Shown: piece by piece, positions 25,171-39,490 of the stretch | How the letters are laid out: each line of letters begins with the position of its first letter | Numbering within the stretch: position 1 is the stretch's first letter | Source of the DNA: Octopus sinensis | Taxonomy: Eukaryota | Assembly: GCF_006345805.1 (NCBI RefSeq) | Contig: NC_043011.1 | Span: 27,788,464 to 27,852,463 of the forward strand | Direction of reading: 5' to 3' | DNA length: 64,000 nt | Translations under genes and position numbers: made by a program | The notes under the pieces: model-generated | Told to the model about the DNA's origin: nothing | Database searches by the model: none | What the model saw: the letters and a program-made list of their open reading frames with translations, nothing else

Positions 25171-26599
25171 AATACAGATATATAACATATACATATATAT
25201 TTGTAATTTGTTTCGTATATACTTACACATGGATATACCTACACGAATGTATACATATTTCGATACATATATGTATACGCACACACACAAAGATGTATGT
25301 ATGTAATATGTATATCTATATAGATCCCAATTACCCAGACCTTTCTTTTGTTCTGCATAAACTGTATGTGATTGAAATTCATGAAACTTTTTTTCTGCTT
25401 TATAATGTTACATTTTCAATAGTTCGTTTATACAATTATTTCATTTTTTTTTAATTGCCGTTCTGATTTTAATTTAGGGTTTCATCTCTAATGACAATTT
25501 TAATTAAGAAAATTTTGCTTTTATCTCTGGCCTAGATATATTCTGGAGCTGGTTACTATGGCAGCAAGTGTATCTGAGATATCTTGCCGAAGAAATATGA
25601 CTGCATTTTAAAAATAAACACGCATTAATATTGGTATTCATTTTATTTCCTGCTAGTAATGTATGTTTTAATCTATCAACGATTTTGTTTCTTCTTCGAT
25701 TTTTTTACCTGAAGCTATTACATCTGTACACATGCTTGTTTGTTTTTTGTTTCTTCCTAACATTAGCGTCAATAATTTAAAACTATATATATCGTTGCAT
25801 CCGACACATGAGTTCGACTATTTAAAGAGCTTCTTAAACTTTGGACAGATGGTGTTGATAACAAAAGAGTACTTTTTAACTTTCATTTATCTTAGTCATC
25901 CTTTTGGGTGTCTACTTTCTCGTGAACGTTTTACTCGAGTTTACCTGACAATAACTACTACAACAACAACTACTACTACTACTACTACTACTACTGGCAG
26001 AATGGTCAGCACGTCGGACGAAATGCTTCGCAGTATCTCTCCTGGCTCTAGAATCCTAGTTCAAATTAATATTTTGTGTCCATTCTCGCAACAAATTGAT
26101 GGACTTGCGCCAATAATATTTTATGACTATTCTTAAGGCGGCGAGCTGGCAGAATCGTGAGCATGCCGGGCAATATGTTTAACGGCATTTCGTCCGCTCT
26201 TATGTTCTGAGTTGAAATTCCGCTGGGGTTGACTTTGCCTTTCATCTTTTCGGTTTCGATAAAATAAGTACGAGGTGGTCCCTGTAGGGTGGTCGAAGTA
26301 ATCGACTAACCCCGCCACCAAATTACGGGCCTTGTAGCTACATGAAAAAGGATTACTAAGGCTGCGCTCTGGCAGAATCGTCAGTACGACAGGTAATATG
26401 CTTAGCGGCATTTCGGCCGTCTTTAATTTCCGAGTTCAAATCACTCCGAAGTCGTCTTTGCCTTTCCTCTTTTCGGAATAGATGAAATAAGTATCAGTTG
26501 AACTTTGGGGTTGTTGTAAGCGAGCTAGCTCCTCTCCCAAAACTGATGGCCTTATTATTTGAGGCCATTATAATTATCATTAGTATTATTGAATGGGGG

Positions 26600-27125
26600 A
26601 GCAATATGTGCCATCAAAGTGACACTGGGGTAAAATATACGAAGCTCAGTATACCCATCATGACTACCCGTCTGATAAGAGTACACCAGGCACATGTATC
26701 GTAACCATATGTGCGCGACATGGTGATATCATATCAAGATAATGAGCTCATGGACTTGCAGGTGGGTCCCCGTTAGAATGTTGTTCAGGTCGAGTGGCCC
26801 ATCCAGCTCAAAAAGTTCCCGAATAAGGGTTCTTTAAAGATGAACGAAATACCAATGTTTCCAGAGGTGAATTATTCAAACCCCAAAGAATTCCTCTCAA
26901 CACATGGTTTCCTCACTACGTCTGCTCGTGATCAGAGATGCACATCTCGTCACCCACCAAGGGACATGCTCAAATAGTTAAAATCAAACAATTGACAAGC
27001 AAATATGTGGTATTGAGCAGAATATTTGCTGTAGCCTATCTTTTATACTAAGACAAAACATGTACATTATAACATTTCTAATCAATTAAGATCAGAAACC
27101 ATGAGAGCTAATACCTGATACTGCA
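26600..27125. repeat. Unclassified interspersed repeat (partial second copy at ~43770-43975)
   Basis: ctcaacac...ctgctcgtgatcagagatgcacat...gtggtattgagcagaat is shared between the two loci. Confidence 0.6.
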
Positions 27126-29250
27126 TCAGGGCTATTATAATTATTATGATTATTATTATTGTTATTATTATTATTATTATTATTATTTTATTATTATTAT
27201 TATTATTATTAATATTATTATTTTCTTTTTATCAGTCTCTGCAGAAACTCCTGGAATCTTGCATGCGTAGCGCGCTTGCTACCTGCAGCCTACAGTATAT
27301 TGCTATCCGTTCTTTTCAGCTATCTAATACTTTCCTAATTATTCTGGACCTGTTTGTAGCAGTTCTACTGGGCTTGAGATCATTCATATAACACAAATGG
27401 TTATTTTTTGCATTATGATTTATGAACCCTACCTATACCTTCCTTAATACTAAACTGAGGGGGTATCAAACGTAAGACAAATATTAAAGTGGACAACGAG
27501 TCCTGGAAAATTCATCTTTGGATATAAATTGTCCCTATGTATGTGTCACCTGAGCAGAGATCTACTTTACATTTTTTCATGCTAAAGCTAATTAATTCTC
27601 TTATGTTTTCTGCTACACTGAATATACTCAAGCATTTACTTATTCATGAGTGTGGGATCATGCCATAGGCTTTTCTATGATATATACATTCTATTGTTAG
27701 AGTTTTCTTTTTAGCTTTTACTTCGTTTAGAACTGCTTTGTGTACGTATAATAGATCATGCGTTCCTAAAGCCTTCTTCTTGCAACGTCTCTCTTTTTTC
27801 TAGTAGTAAATTCTGGTTGTCGAGGTGCTCGTAAATTCTTTCTGAAAGCATTCCTGTTAATAGCTCCTACACTAATGGTAAGCAAATGATTCGTATATAG
27901 TTGCTAGCTGTATTACTTTTGCTCTTATATTTCATAATGAGGGTTGCCCCCCCCCCTCTAATCATCCAATCTGGTATTATTCCTCCATTACGGCAATCGT
28001 GAAGTTGTTCCCCCAGCCTCTAATGTAAACTACTGAATTTCTTTAGCCAGTACCCTTGAACTACATCTGGTTTTGGGCCCTTCCATTTCGGCATTTCCCC
28101 TAACACTTTACTCATTAATGCACTAGTAAATCTTATATCTGACTGCTTCTCACTCACTACGTCTTCTCTCACTTTCTTTAACCATACTACATCTACATTA
28201 TGATTGACTGGTTTATCCTAAATATTACTCCACAACTTGCTAGCTTCATATGTAGTAGGTTTCTCATTTAAGTGCTTCGTTCTCCTCTCCACTATTTATT
28301 TGGGTATAAAATCTTCTCTGGTCTGTCCCGAATAATCTGTTCTGTCGATACTGATCTATTTTTTCTGATATCTGGGGAGCTTGCCTCCTACTGCTATGAT
28401 ACGCTGTTTCAACTCTTCTATTATTGTCCCAAATCCTTTCTCTTTGACTAAGTATCTTTTCTCGAGTCAAGATTTGCAGCTTGTGTTTAACCTGTTTGTT
28501 TTCTAGGCTTCTATCCTACTCAGATCTTGTCTTAAAGTCTCCTATTTATTTTGTAGTCACCTTTTCCACATTTTCTCTTTTTTAATCTCTCCCTGCCCTG
28601 TGAGATATCTAATCTTCTGGTGATTACTACAGCTCCTGTATTGATCAATAAGTTAGTGTCTTCTGTATTTTAGTATCTATCCTACTGATAACAGAATCTT
28701 CTTTCCTAGTCATTTCTTGTAGTTTTCTTTTGTTGGTGCTGGCAGTATTTTTCTTACTTCATAATTCATTACTTACTGCGACTTATCTAAAATATTCTCA
28801 TCTTCCATCTCTTAAATCATTTAAGTCGTTGGTGCCAGTTGTCCCTTCCTTACTGGTAGCGCTATTATTATTTTTTCCTTGGGTTCTTCTTTGAGTTGCA
28901 TCTCTTATGTTGTTGTTTGTCTTTCCCACTGCCTGGTCTTTCTGTTCCAGTTCCCTTGTGATCTCTTCTACCGCCAATTCTCCACTTTCTTCTCCTAATT
29001 GCACGAGCTTGATCTTCTAATCTCTAGTAATCTGTCTCTCAAATTATATCAGCAGTCCCTTCACTCAAGCTGTCGTGTGCTGTAACATGTTTTGATGTGA
29101 AATGGAACATCTATCAGAGAGTGGATCATACTTTATTAGGGAGAGGATTCTTAACTCCACCAGTGTCAGTACGGCAGTAGCAGGTGGGACTTGACGCGGT
29201 GTCTTCTACCCAGACCTTATAAGAAACTTCGCATCTGTTATATGGGTGGA
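27125..29250 (-). mobile_element. Dong/R4-clade non-LTR retrotransposon relic with (TAA)n tail, internally deleted
   Basis: Minus-strand peptides YRQNRLFGTDQRRFY, LGTHDLLYVHKAVL, RKAYGMIPHS and a degenerate QGDSLSPL-type motif. A C-terminal ..RIIRKVLDS* is followed by a 3' UTR and (TAA)n at 27125-27215. Confidence 0.75.
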
Positions 29251-31599
29251 AAATCTCAGCCATCTTTCAGTTTATCCTTTTCAAATAACAACAGTTTTAA
29301 CTTTGACTTTCATATTTTACTCTTCTATTTCTTCTGTAAAATTCTTTGGGTGTTTATAAATATCATTTAATTTTTCCTGTATACCGAATAGGATGTTTTA
29401 GTCTTTCTCTCATTCTTTTATATTTAACTTGTATGTCTCATCTTACTGGTCTTTGTGAGTCTACTTGTTCACATTCATTATATATATTATACGGGACATT
29501 TAGATACCCGTTGACGAGTGGTTAGAGCGTCCGACCAAACTGTCATCCGAAATTTTTTCCAGCTCTTTATGTTCTGACTTTAAATTCCACCGAGGTCATC
29601 TTTGCTCTCAACTCCTAAAAGTTTGATGAAAAGATTGAATCGATGATACTACCTACTCCAAATTCTTTACAAAACTATTGGGTTTGTGTCCAAATAAGAA
29701 GCCATTATTTAAGACGGTGAAATGGCAGAGTCGTTTGAGTGTCGGGAAATGCTTTGCGATATTTTATCATTTTACCCAACACACACATTATGTTCTGCTT
29801 TCAAATTGCAACCTGGTCAACTTTACCTGTCATCCCAGGGGGATGGAAACGGTAAAATAAAGTAACAGTGAAGTAAAGATGCAAATGGTACTTACAAACG
29901 TCTCTTCCAAAATTGCTGGTCCTGCGCCTAAATAAGAAACAATTGTTATTATTTAAGGCAATGAACGCTTTTCTCCGCAGAAAAAATTTCAGTCCTAAAA
30001 TTTAGATAATTAGCTTTTAAGTACATTAATAACTTATTTTGCTCTTTGTTTGTTATTCGATTTTATTTACATATTAATTTGTCTGAATAAACATTGGAAG
30101 AATTGTAAATGATAGCAATCAAGTATATATAATGCTAATGTCTAAGATAAGATCGGCTTTAATCAGACAAAATTAATGCAATGTTTTGTTGTTTTAGCAT
30201 GAAGTAGATAACGATATTCTAACGAGAACAATTATAAAGGAATAGATAACAGGACTGTAACGAGAAATGTTGTGCGAATTGCGTTTTCACAATTTTTAAG
30301 ATAGAAGAAAGAGCATTAGAACGACTAAGATAATTGCAATTTTCTAATCTTGTATTGATTATAAATTTGATGCTTCAGTTCTGTTTTTTTTTTTATTTGA
30401 TATATTTAATTGATGGCTATGCACTATAATTAGAACGGCAAATGTAACATCAAGAGAGTCGGTGTACAACTGTTTAAGGTTGGATGCAAAGCGGGCAGCA
30501 ACGACCGATGTGGAGAATTTCCCCACGCTATTACTGTTTGAAATACCATGGTGGCCGAGAAGTGTAGGAAACTGATTCATAGGAACTCTTTTCACAAAGG
30601 ACAAAAAGAATCAGTAGCAATTTTGGGGAGTGGCAGAGGAAATTGTAGGCTGTGCGGTGAATGGACGCATCCTTGGTAGTTCGGATGAGTGCCTTGCTAT
30701 AGTTGCAATGCAGGGTTTGTAGATGTGATGATTTCCCCCTTGCGTTCTATATCGTGTTCTTTGACTGATCTACTATGGAACCACTGAGTGTAACTTTTGG
30801 TTGTGTAGCGCTGTAGAGAGAGATGCCCATGAGGCTGGTTTCAGTGTCCTGTGAAGACGTCTTTTAGGAGAGGGAGGACTGAATCATACATATTGTCAAA
30901 CCTCCTTAGCAAAGTTAGCAAAGAACTAGTAGTTACCTTTAGATAAAGAGCCATAGGATCCTACAGGAGAATGCGTTGTGGAGAATGGACTCTGTGGTGT
31001 CTGTGTTTGTAAGTAGTAATACATAGGATCGAGGTGGGAATTGAGTCCACGTATGTTAGGGAAAGAGAAGGAGAATTACGCAACGGGTTTTGGTTTACAT
31101 TTTGAATCGATGGAAACGCAGTTTACAGATGTGCTGTGAGCTCACGACAGCAATTGTCAAACGCTACACCAAATGCTTGCAAAAAAGTAAACTACAGTTG
31201 TCACCTATTAGTCATTTAGTTGTCCTCAGACAGAACAACTTTGAACTAAACCTAAAAGAAGACCAAAGAGAAGCTCTACATTACATATAAAAACATTACG
31301 CAGTCATATTTGTATAATTATGTACATATGTGTTTGTGTGTATGTATTTGTGTATGTGTATGTATTTGTGTATGTGTATGAACGTGTGTATGTACAAGTG
31401 ACATCGGTCGAATATACTTTAAGAATTACAAATTTATTCAATCTCAAAAAACAAATTCATGAGTATTCACGAAACTAATACCACAGAATTAATAATTAAA
31501 TTGAATAAATTAATTATGGTGATAAAGGCTTGAATAAAATTACAGTTTGCCTCCTATCAGAAAGAGAATTCACTCCAGCACAAATCAACAAGCAATTAA

Positions 31600-32020
31600 A
31601 AACAAGTGAATTAATAACCTCGCCGTCCATAATATGTGAAATAACTACATTAACATAAGAAAATCGTTGAACTATTAGATAACATTATCAATCAATATAC
31701 ACTAGACAAAACAGTATAAGGCCATATTAGAAAGAAATTAGTAGAGGCCAGTGAAGAAGACAACATCTGCAATTTAAACTTAGAAGTTTGTTTACTAATG
31801 TTTCCGTGCCAGACACAAAAGAAACCATATTATATTGTGCAATAAAAAAAAAGATAAATAAATAAATAAAATATTCGTGTAAAAATAAAATAAAGAAACA
31901 ACCGCGACGATAGCTTACGAACTTCAGAAATTATTAGTGCCATGCAAAACAGAAGCAACTTATCATTGTTAACGATGACAATTATAGAATAAAGAAGAGG
32001 GAATAACCAAAGGTATACTC
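31600..32020 (+). mobile_element. Degenerate Penelope-like RT fragment
   Basis: ..RSLFTNVSVPDT resembles the PLE motif DV.SLFTNVP. Confidence 0.4.
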
Positions 32021-32032
32021 TTAGGCTCTACA

Positions 32033-32432
32033 AGGTGGTGAGCTGGCAGTAACGTTAGCACGCCGGGCGAAATGCTTAGCGGTATTTCGTCTGCCGTTAC
32101 GTTCTGAGTTCAAATTCCGCCGAGGTCGACTTTGCCTTTCATCCTTTCGGGGTCGATTAAATAAGTACCAGTTACGCACTGGGGTCGATATAATCGACTT
32201 AATCCGTTTGTCTGTCCTTGTTTGTCCTCTCTGTGTTTAGCCCCTTGTGGGCAGTAAAGAAATAGGTATTTTGTCTGCCGCTACGTTCTGAGTTCAAATT
32301 CCGCCGAGTAACTGGTACTTATTTAATTGGGGTCGATTAAGTAAGTACCAGTTACGCACTGGCGTCGATATAATCGACTTAATCCGTTTGTCTGTCCTTG
32401 TTTGTCCTCTCTGTGGGTAGTAAAGAAATAGG
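32033..32432 (+). mobile_element. SINE family M, full copy plus duplicated partial copy
   Basis: Same head, body and tail; imperfect ~20-bp TSD aggtata.tcttag.ctctac. Confidence 0.85.
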
Positions 32433-33114
32433 TATATTCTTAGACTCTACGTTTGCTGCCTTACGTGACTAAATAGAAAATAAAGTGGTACCAAGCTATA
32501 AGAGTTCGACATACACAAAATTTGTGAAAGTTACCAGAAGATGAACTATTTTGGAACAAAACATCTATAAATGTGGTTCTCAAACTTTTTTAATATCTGG
32601 GACAGATCCTAATCTTAATTCTTTGTGGGAGCCGCACTGAAGAAAGTGAAACACAAGTTACTTGAAGAAAAAGTTACTATCCGACCTTCAATGGCAGCAT
32701 GAGGCTCTGGGACTGCGGCTGAGAACCACTAAACGTCTACGAGTCTTTCTTAAAATATTACCAAATAACACTGAAAACAATACTCATAATTGGATAAAGA
32801 CTGAAAGACAGAAAAGACTGATGGCGGAAAATGAATCATACAAATTCAATCGATTAGGTCCAAAAGGATTCCAATGTCCTTGTCGAGAATAGGTAATCAT
32901 TAACAGATTGGACCAAAAACTGATACTGAAGAGGAAATATAAATATCAAGAAGTGTTGAAGATTGTTGTCGGGAATTACTATACAAAATAAGCTACAAAA
33001 TCTCATGCTCAAATATATAAATAGTTTGCGAAAAAAAAGAAGACTCTAAAATACAGCCGTGCTTTTAATAAGACATTGTATTGTTCGTCATATACGCTAA
33101 AACATACATACATA

Positions 33115-33347
33115 TCTTTTTTATTTGTTTCAGTCATTTGACTGCGGCTATGCTGCAGCACGCGTTTAGTCGAACAAATCGACCCCAGGATTTATTCTTT
33201 GGAAGCCTAGTGCTTATTTTATCGGTCTCTTTTACCTCAATGCTAAGTTACGAGGACGTAAATACATCAGTTGTCAAGCGATGGTGGTGAACAAACACAG
33301 ACACACAAGCATTTACATGCATGTATACAAACATACACACACGCACA

Positions 33348-33378
<31 letters not shown>

Positions 33379-33530
33379 GACGGGCCTCTCCCAGTTTCCG
33401 ACTAGCAAATCCACTCACAAGAATTTGGTCGGACCGAGGCTATAGCAGAAGACACGTGCCCAAGGTACCATGCAGCGGGATTGAACTCGGAACCATGTAC
33501 CTGGTAAGCAAGCTACCTACCACAGCCATT
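33115..33530 (-). mobile_element. SINE family C
   Basis: Homologous to 1081-1581. 3' halves also at 22955-23180, 23290-23510 and 33990-34185. Confidence 0.8.
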
Positions 33531-33847
33531 CACATTTATATTTAGGAGCATGCACGTGGATGTGCAGGCACGCATGTGTAGGTATAAACATGCTCGCTTA
33601 CGCGAATACTATGAACTTTTACTCCCTCCCCTCACTTAGCGGTCATTCAAATAGCTCTCTTGTCTTAATAACGGTCAATCACACAGTAATTTCCCTTTGT
33701 ATAACGGTCATTTTCCATAGTATTTTTCCGATGGCCGGATAACTGAATAGATGGCGGCGTGGATTTCCGTCTCGGCTTCCGAAACTCGGAGTTTTATCAT
33801 GGCTACCGAATAATTGTCACATATTACATTTACACACATACGTACAT

Positions 33848-33894
<47 letters not shown>

Positions 33895-34593
33895 GCTATA
33901 GCATCAGGCAGAGCAAAAGACTTGTGAGAGGATTTCGTACACGAAAACTGAAAGAAAACTGTCGAATATATGTATATTTGTGTGTTTCTGTGTATGTGCT
34001 TGTACCCCAACTATCGCTTGAAAACCGATGCTGCTGTGTTTACGTCCCCGTGAACTAGCGCTTCAGCTAAATACACTGATAGAATAAGTACTAGGCTTAC
34101 AAAGTATTAATCGTGGGGTCGATTTGTTTGACTCCAGCATGGCCGCAATCACATGAGTGAAATAAGTAAAACAATAAAGAACTATGCCATTTTCATCCCG
34201 AGCAACCCTGTGTATCTCCGCTAGTGTAAAATAAATTTTTGTTTTAATTTTGGAATTAAATGATTTTGATTTACTGTCAGTTGACTTTTTGCTAACCCTG
34301 TATGTATGTAAGTATAAACATACACGTGTTTGTATGCATCATGAGCTTATGTATGCATGTATGGTTACACATATATATAACCATATATACAAACATACGC
34401 TCATCATTTTTCGGTCATTTGTTTATATTTAAATTTGTCGCTTTAAAATCGGAGATTAAATATCATTATGATATATATATTATATACAGTTATTGTACAG
34501 TTATTATACTATGAGTCCTCCATAGCTTTCTCTCCGTAACTCGCAAAGCATTTCGGGTTTGTATATAAACATATTATTTATGTATATATATAT

Positions 34594-34880
34594 ATGGCCC
34601 AGTGGTTAGAGCAGCGGACTCGCGGTCGTAGGATCGCGGTTTCGATTCTCAGACCGGGCGTTGTGAGTGTTTATTGAGCGGGAACACCTAAAAGCTCCAC
34701 GAGGCTCCGGCAGGGGGTGGTGATCCCTGCTCTACTCTTTCAGCACAACTTTCTCTCACACTTTCTTCTGTTGGCCTGCTCGCTTAGCCAGAGGGGTGGC
34801 GTCATTCGAAGGCTAAAACAATGCGAACGCATTGTGATCAGCGATGTGTAACAACATCTGATGGTCTTGTCACAGTCACA
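34594..34880 (+). mobile_element. SINE with the same tRNA head but an RTE-type tail
   Basis: Head as family V; tail cattgtgatcagcgatgtgtaacaacatctgatggtctt... Confidence 0.75.
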
Positions 34881-35015
34881 TTCACTAGCTATGTTGATGA
34901 CGTAAAAATAGTACAAGCAGTGAATGAACCTTTCAATGATAATTTTCTGCAGAAATACTTAGATGCTACTTACAAATGGGCTGAAGAAAGCAACATGCGA
35001 TTTAATTCAGGGAGA
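34880..35015 (+). pseudogene. CR1/L2/Jockey-like RT fragment
   Basis: YVDDVKI...[20 protein letters not shown] resembles the YADD-proximal RT region. Confidence 0.55.
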
Positions 35016-35019
35016 TTAG

Positions 35020-35720
35020 CTCAAAACGACCATTGCTTGTGAGAGCTGCACATACCATTACAGAGATACCGCCATGTTTTACAGTCGGTTGGAGTCGTTT
35101 CAAATCAAATTCTTGTTTGGGAAGCCTCCAGACCCAGACACGTCCACGGTCTGAAAATAATGTAAATCTAGATTCATATGAGAAAAATCACTCTATCTCA
35201 AAATGAACTGGATTTTTCTGACATCTCCTTAGCCCATTTCTTTCTTTTCATGGTATTAATTGCTTGAAGAAGAGTTTTCTTCTAGCTGCTCGTCCATAAT
35301 ACCAAAGCTTATGCAGATATGTAACACACGTTCTTGGACTAACTTCTAGCTGTTTTGCAATGTCAGAAGCCTTCGAACGGTATTCGTTTTCCACAATTCT
35401 CTTGAAACAGTGAAGCTTTCTTTCCGAGAGCGCAGGTCGGCTGTGACGAGAATCTGTTGATTCTTTTCCTTGGCTTTTGAATTGCACTATAATTCTATTA
35501 ACAGTAGCAAGAGGAATTTGGACATTTTCGGCAATTTTTCGCTGGCGAAGACCAACCTCAGATTGCCCAACAATACGACCTCTTTGAAAATCTGACAGTT
35601 CTGCTGAATTTTTTGTGCGTGGCATGGTTACTCTTCGCAAATGTTTATTATAATGGCGCCTGTAATGAAAAAGAATAATTACATTGTAAATTCTACACCT
35701 CTGAAAACATATTAAGACGC
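35020..35720 (-). mobile_element. Tc1-family transposase 5' fragment
   Basis: N-terminal HTH region [20 protein letters not shown].... After a frameshift: VIFS.ESRFTL...RVWVWR...[14 protein letters not shown] (first catalytic Asp region). Confidence 0.85.
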
Positions 35721-35798
35721 TTAGATCAGATATTTTGAAAATTAACTATTTACTTCCTGCATATCTGTGTATATATGCATATATAAGTATATATATAT

Positions 35799-35873
<75 letters not shown>

Positions 35874-35959
35874 CATACACACACATATATATCTATATAT
35901 ATATATATATATATATACTTATATATGCATATATACATCACTGATCACGTTATGCCTCC

Positions 35960-36490
35960 AATAGCTTTTGATTGAGACATTCTTTTCCATCTTGGCACAA
36001 AACGTTTTACTAAACCATTTTTCCACGATGATGGAGGCCTTCTGGATAGCTGCTCACCAACCTCCCGGATCGTATGCAAAACCATATGACATGGGAGCCC
36101 ATAACAATTTGTGCTTTCGATATTTTTCAGTCTCGCTTTTCAGTCCGCTCCGTTCTTCAAACGTCCTGTGTCGGATATGCTGTCGTAATGATATTCCTTG
36201 CATGGACTCTTCCATGGCTCTTTGGCTCTTTGCTTTGTAGCCAATCCGTGTTCCTCCTTCGTAGTAGCTCACGTCTCATTCGACTATCAAAGTGCAGTTA
36301 GGACGGCGGTATTGTAAAGCCTGCCATGTATTCCCTTGCCAGCTTTGCTTTGAGTACATCGTTTACTGAGCTAAACATCTGCCATCCTGTCATTATTCAT
36401 TTCGAGATTTCACCACCTACGTCTCAGTACATATTCACTATTTGCTAAAGTAGATGCATTTCTTTATCTTCTGTATTTCATCAATTCCCA
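35960..36490 (-). mobile_element. RTE-clade LINE fragment (degenerate RT C-terminus)
   Basis: RAMEESMQGISLRQHIR...YRKHKLLW matches the RTE C-terminal pattern (RAMER.MLG.SL.DH...KFRWAGH). Confidence 0.7.
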
Positions 36491-37142
36491 ACACTGTTCG
36501 GCCTTGTGATATGTTACCGGATTGCATGTATTTTCATTGATTTTGTTATTTTAAGGACCACTGCTGAGCTATGTGTGTCAGATCTATCAACATAATTTGC
36601 AGCTGATCTCTCGTTTCGGCAACGATTACAATGTCATATATATGTCATGCGCGTGATACTGGCTGTATATTAGCAATTACATTTTACTAATAACTCCCTT
36701 GACAAAGGCTAAATGTTCAATCCCTAATGACCATATAGCGTGACTACGTTGTTTCGTTTGCTTTTTCCAGAACATTTATGACAATAATGTTAGTCATTGA
36801 GAAATATCAGAAAAAATATCCGCCTTCTGTCCTCTGGGAGATTCCTAGCGTATGAGTAATACAATGTATACAAATTTGGGCGAAGCACAAACAGCCGATC
36901 ACATTTGCATAACAGAAGACGCTCAAACGCTAATTACTTTGCATTCAAGCACAATCGACCACCCGCACGCACGCACATATCCACACAAACACACGAACAC
37001 GCATGTACACGCACGCACACACGCCCCTGTGCACATGCACACATATAGCATCCACACATAACTCATCTGCACATACATGCGCTCAAACACGAATAAATGT
37101 ATATATATATATATTCACACATTTGAATAATTTCAATACTGA

Positions 37143-37188
<46 letters not shown>

Positions 37189-37306
37189 CCTGCTCGCTTA
37201 GCCAGCGGGGTGGCGTCACTTGAAGGCTAAAACAATGCGAACGCATTGTGACCAGCGATGTGTAACTACATCTGATAGCCTGGTCGGTCACGGTCACGGT
37301 GATATA

Positions 37307-37372
<66 letters not shown>

Positions 37373-37474
37373 CGCATATACATACATGCACACACATATT
37401 TATATGCATATATATATATAAATATATATATCCATATCTGCCTTTCTATGTCTATGTATGCATATATATATATA

Positions 37475-37858
37475 TCTCTACATATAAACGGCAGTTTGTC
37501 TGTGCGTGTTTCTGTGTGTCTGTTTACTTGTACCCTCACCCTGACCACGGCTTTCAACCGATTCTGATGAAACTTGACACACACATAGCCCAATGTCATA
37601 ATTCAAAACTAGCGCAGACAAAATTTTGAAAAGTTTCCCCACTTCTGAAAAAAATCGATAAATTCGACATGGGGTCGAGAATCAGAAACACGAACCACAA
37701 ACTGTCTAGGGGACGCAACTCCATCCTTTTTTAACTCTCAAAAAAAAATTTACCATCATTTTTTTCCATTTTTTTGCTATTTTTTGGCTATAACTCTCTA
37801 AAAATGCTTTATAGTTATTTCCCTTACAAACCTGAGCAACGCCGGGCGATACTGCTAG
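37475..37858 (+). mobile_element. Non-autonomous Helitron
   Basis: 5' TC (tctctacatataaa) after A, GC-rich subterminal hairpin cctgagcaacgccgggc, and 3' CTAG followed by T. A related 3' end occurs at ~34196-34226. Confidence 0.7.
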
Positions 37859-38205
37859 TAAAGGTATAATTGTATATGTATAATGCTTTTGTTTTTTTCC
37901 AGCTAGTTTGTAATGATTTCTGCATTAAATATGTTGACCATAACTTCCCTTTATAAATTGTTTTATCGTTCATTTATCTTCTGAAATTTGTTTCAATTTC
38001 TACTTGATGTGTATGCATGATCGCACAAACGAAATGTACGTTACTTGCATATTCAGTGAAACCAGTAAAATCATGACACTTATAACAATCTACATTTGAA
38101 TCCTAATTTGTAAATTACACTAGCTGAATTAAGTTTATTAAATTGCTTCTTGTCTTATCTTTGTTTTTTGATGAAGAAATATCTAAATACTTTGTTTGTG
38201 TAATA

Positions 38206-38772
38206 TTGGATTGTCCGGAAAGTTCATGCCGCGTTTTAAAGGAAAGAAAAAGGTTAATAAATACTTGCTATTACATTTTTAATCAACCAAATATGAACCA
38301 TTCTGTTGCACAATGCGTCTCCATCTTTCCTTTAACTTGAAAATACCTTCTTCCCAGAATTGAGGTGGTTTCATGGCAAAGAATTCATCAAGGTATCTTT
38401 TTACGCCATCCAAGGAATTGAAATTTTTACCATTAAGACTATTCTGCAGAGACCTGAATAGGTGAAAACCCGAAGGAGTAATATCTGGTGAATATGGAGG
38501 GTTACGTAACACATCTTAGCCGAGCTGCAGCAATTTTTGTCTGGTTCCCAAAGTATGAAGTGCCGAAAAAAAACTTTCTTATCATCCATTTTAAAGTGTT
38601 ACCGAATCAACACAGGTTATAACAACATAAACCTTCTTCCACGAAAAGATAGCTTAAACTGTGCTCTGAAAGGTGGTGTACTAAAATCCTATTTTATGGA
38701 CTCAACCATAAGTCTAAAATAAGTAGAAAGATAAGCTACTATAAATCGGCACGAACTTTCCGGACAACCCAA
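38206..38772 (-). mobile_element. Internally deleted mariner element with both TIRs and TA TSD
   Basis: TIRs ttggattgtccggaaagttcatgccg / cggcacgaactttccggacaacccaa flanked by TA. The N-terminus MDDKKVFFRHFILW is joined to the C-terminal PPYSPDITPS.FHLFRSLQN...ERWRRIVQQNGSY. Confidence 0.9.
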
Positions 38773-39230
38773 TATATTATTAATTCTGTTTGGCGTTTGT
38801 TATATCGGATGCATTTTTCTAACTTTGACGATTTTGGCGTTGTTTTTACTGTTCATCCGCAGGTCAACATTGATTGAGATAACATATAATGAAACGCATT
38901 CTACAACGGTGATGTCAATATTTTACTCACTCAGTTACTACGCTGCACCGTAACTATCATTGTGCAATTTCCATTTTGAAAACAGTAGCGTGTTTTAAGG
39001 GAAATTTTGCTATATTTTTATCAGGCCGGACGGGCGGCCGCACATGCAGTTCCTCGATATCTGTGTGATATTTTGTAGCTGGTACTTTTGTGCTGTTGAT
39101 GTTTAATATCAACTTAATACTAATAGATTAATACATGGACACAACGTTAAGTAACCGTGACCATCCCATCAATCCCTGTATCTGATACTACATCCTCGAG
39201 TGTTATTTATTTATGATGGTATTTCATGTT

Positions 39231-39459
39231 GGCGGCGAACTGGCAGAAACGTTAGCACGCCGGGCGAAATGCGTAGCGGTATTTCGTCTGGCGCCACGTT
39301 CTGAGTTCAAATTCCGCCGAGGTCGACTTTGCCTTTCATCCCTTCGGGGTCGATTAAATAAGTACCAGTTGCGCACTGGGGTCGATATAATCGACTTAAT
39401 CCGTTTGTCTGTCCGTGTTTGTTCTCTCTGTGTTTGGTCCCTTGTGGGTAGTAAAGAAA
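39231..39459 (+). mobile_element. SINE family M, full copy
   Basis: Consensus-like; 13-bp TSD ggtatttcatgtt. Confidence 0.85.
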
Positions 39460-39490
39460 AAGGTATTTCATGTTGTCATATGACTACTTG

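Noticed and set aside
30359-31080. GC-richer segment possibly derived from a retroelement
   Set aside because: No diagnostic motif could be read in any frame.
37560-37580. CTGATGA motif
   Set aside because: Part of the Helitron body; no stem II or separate GAAA.
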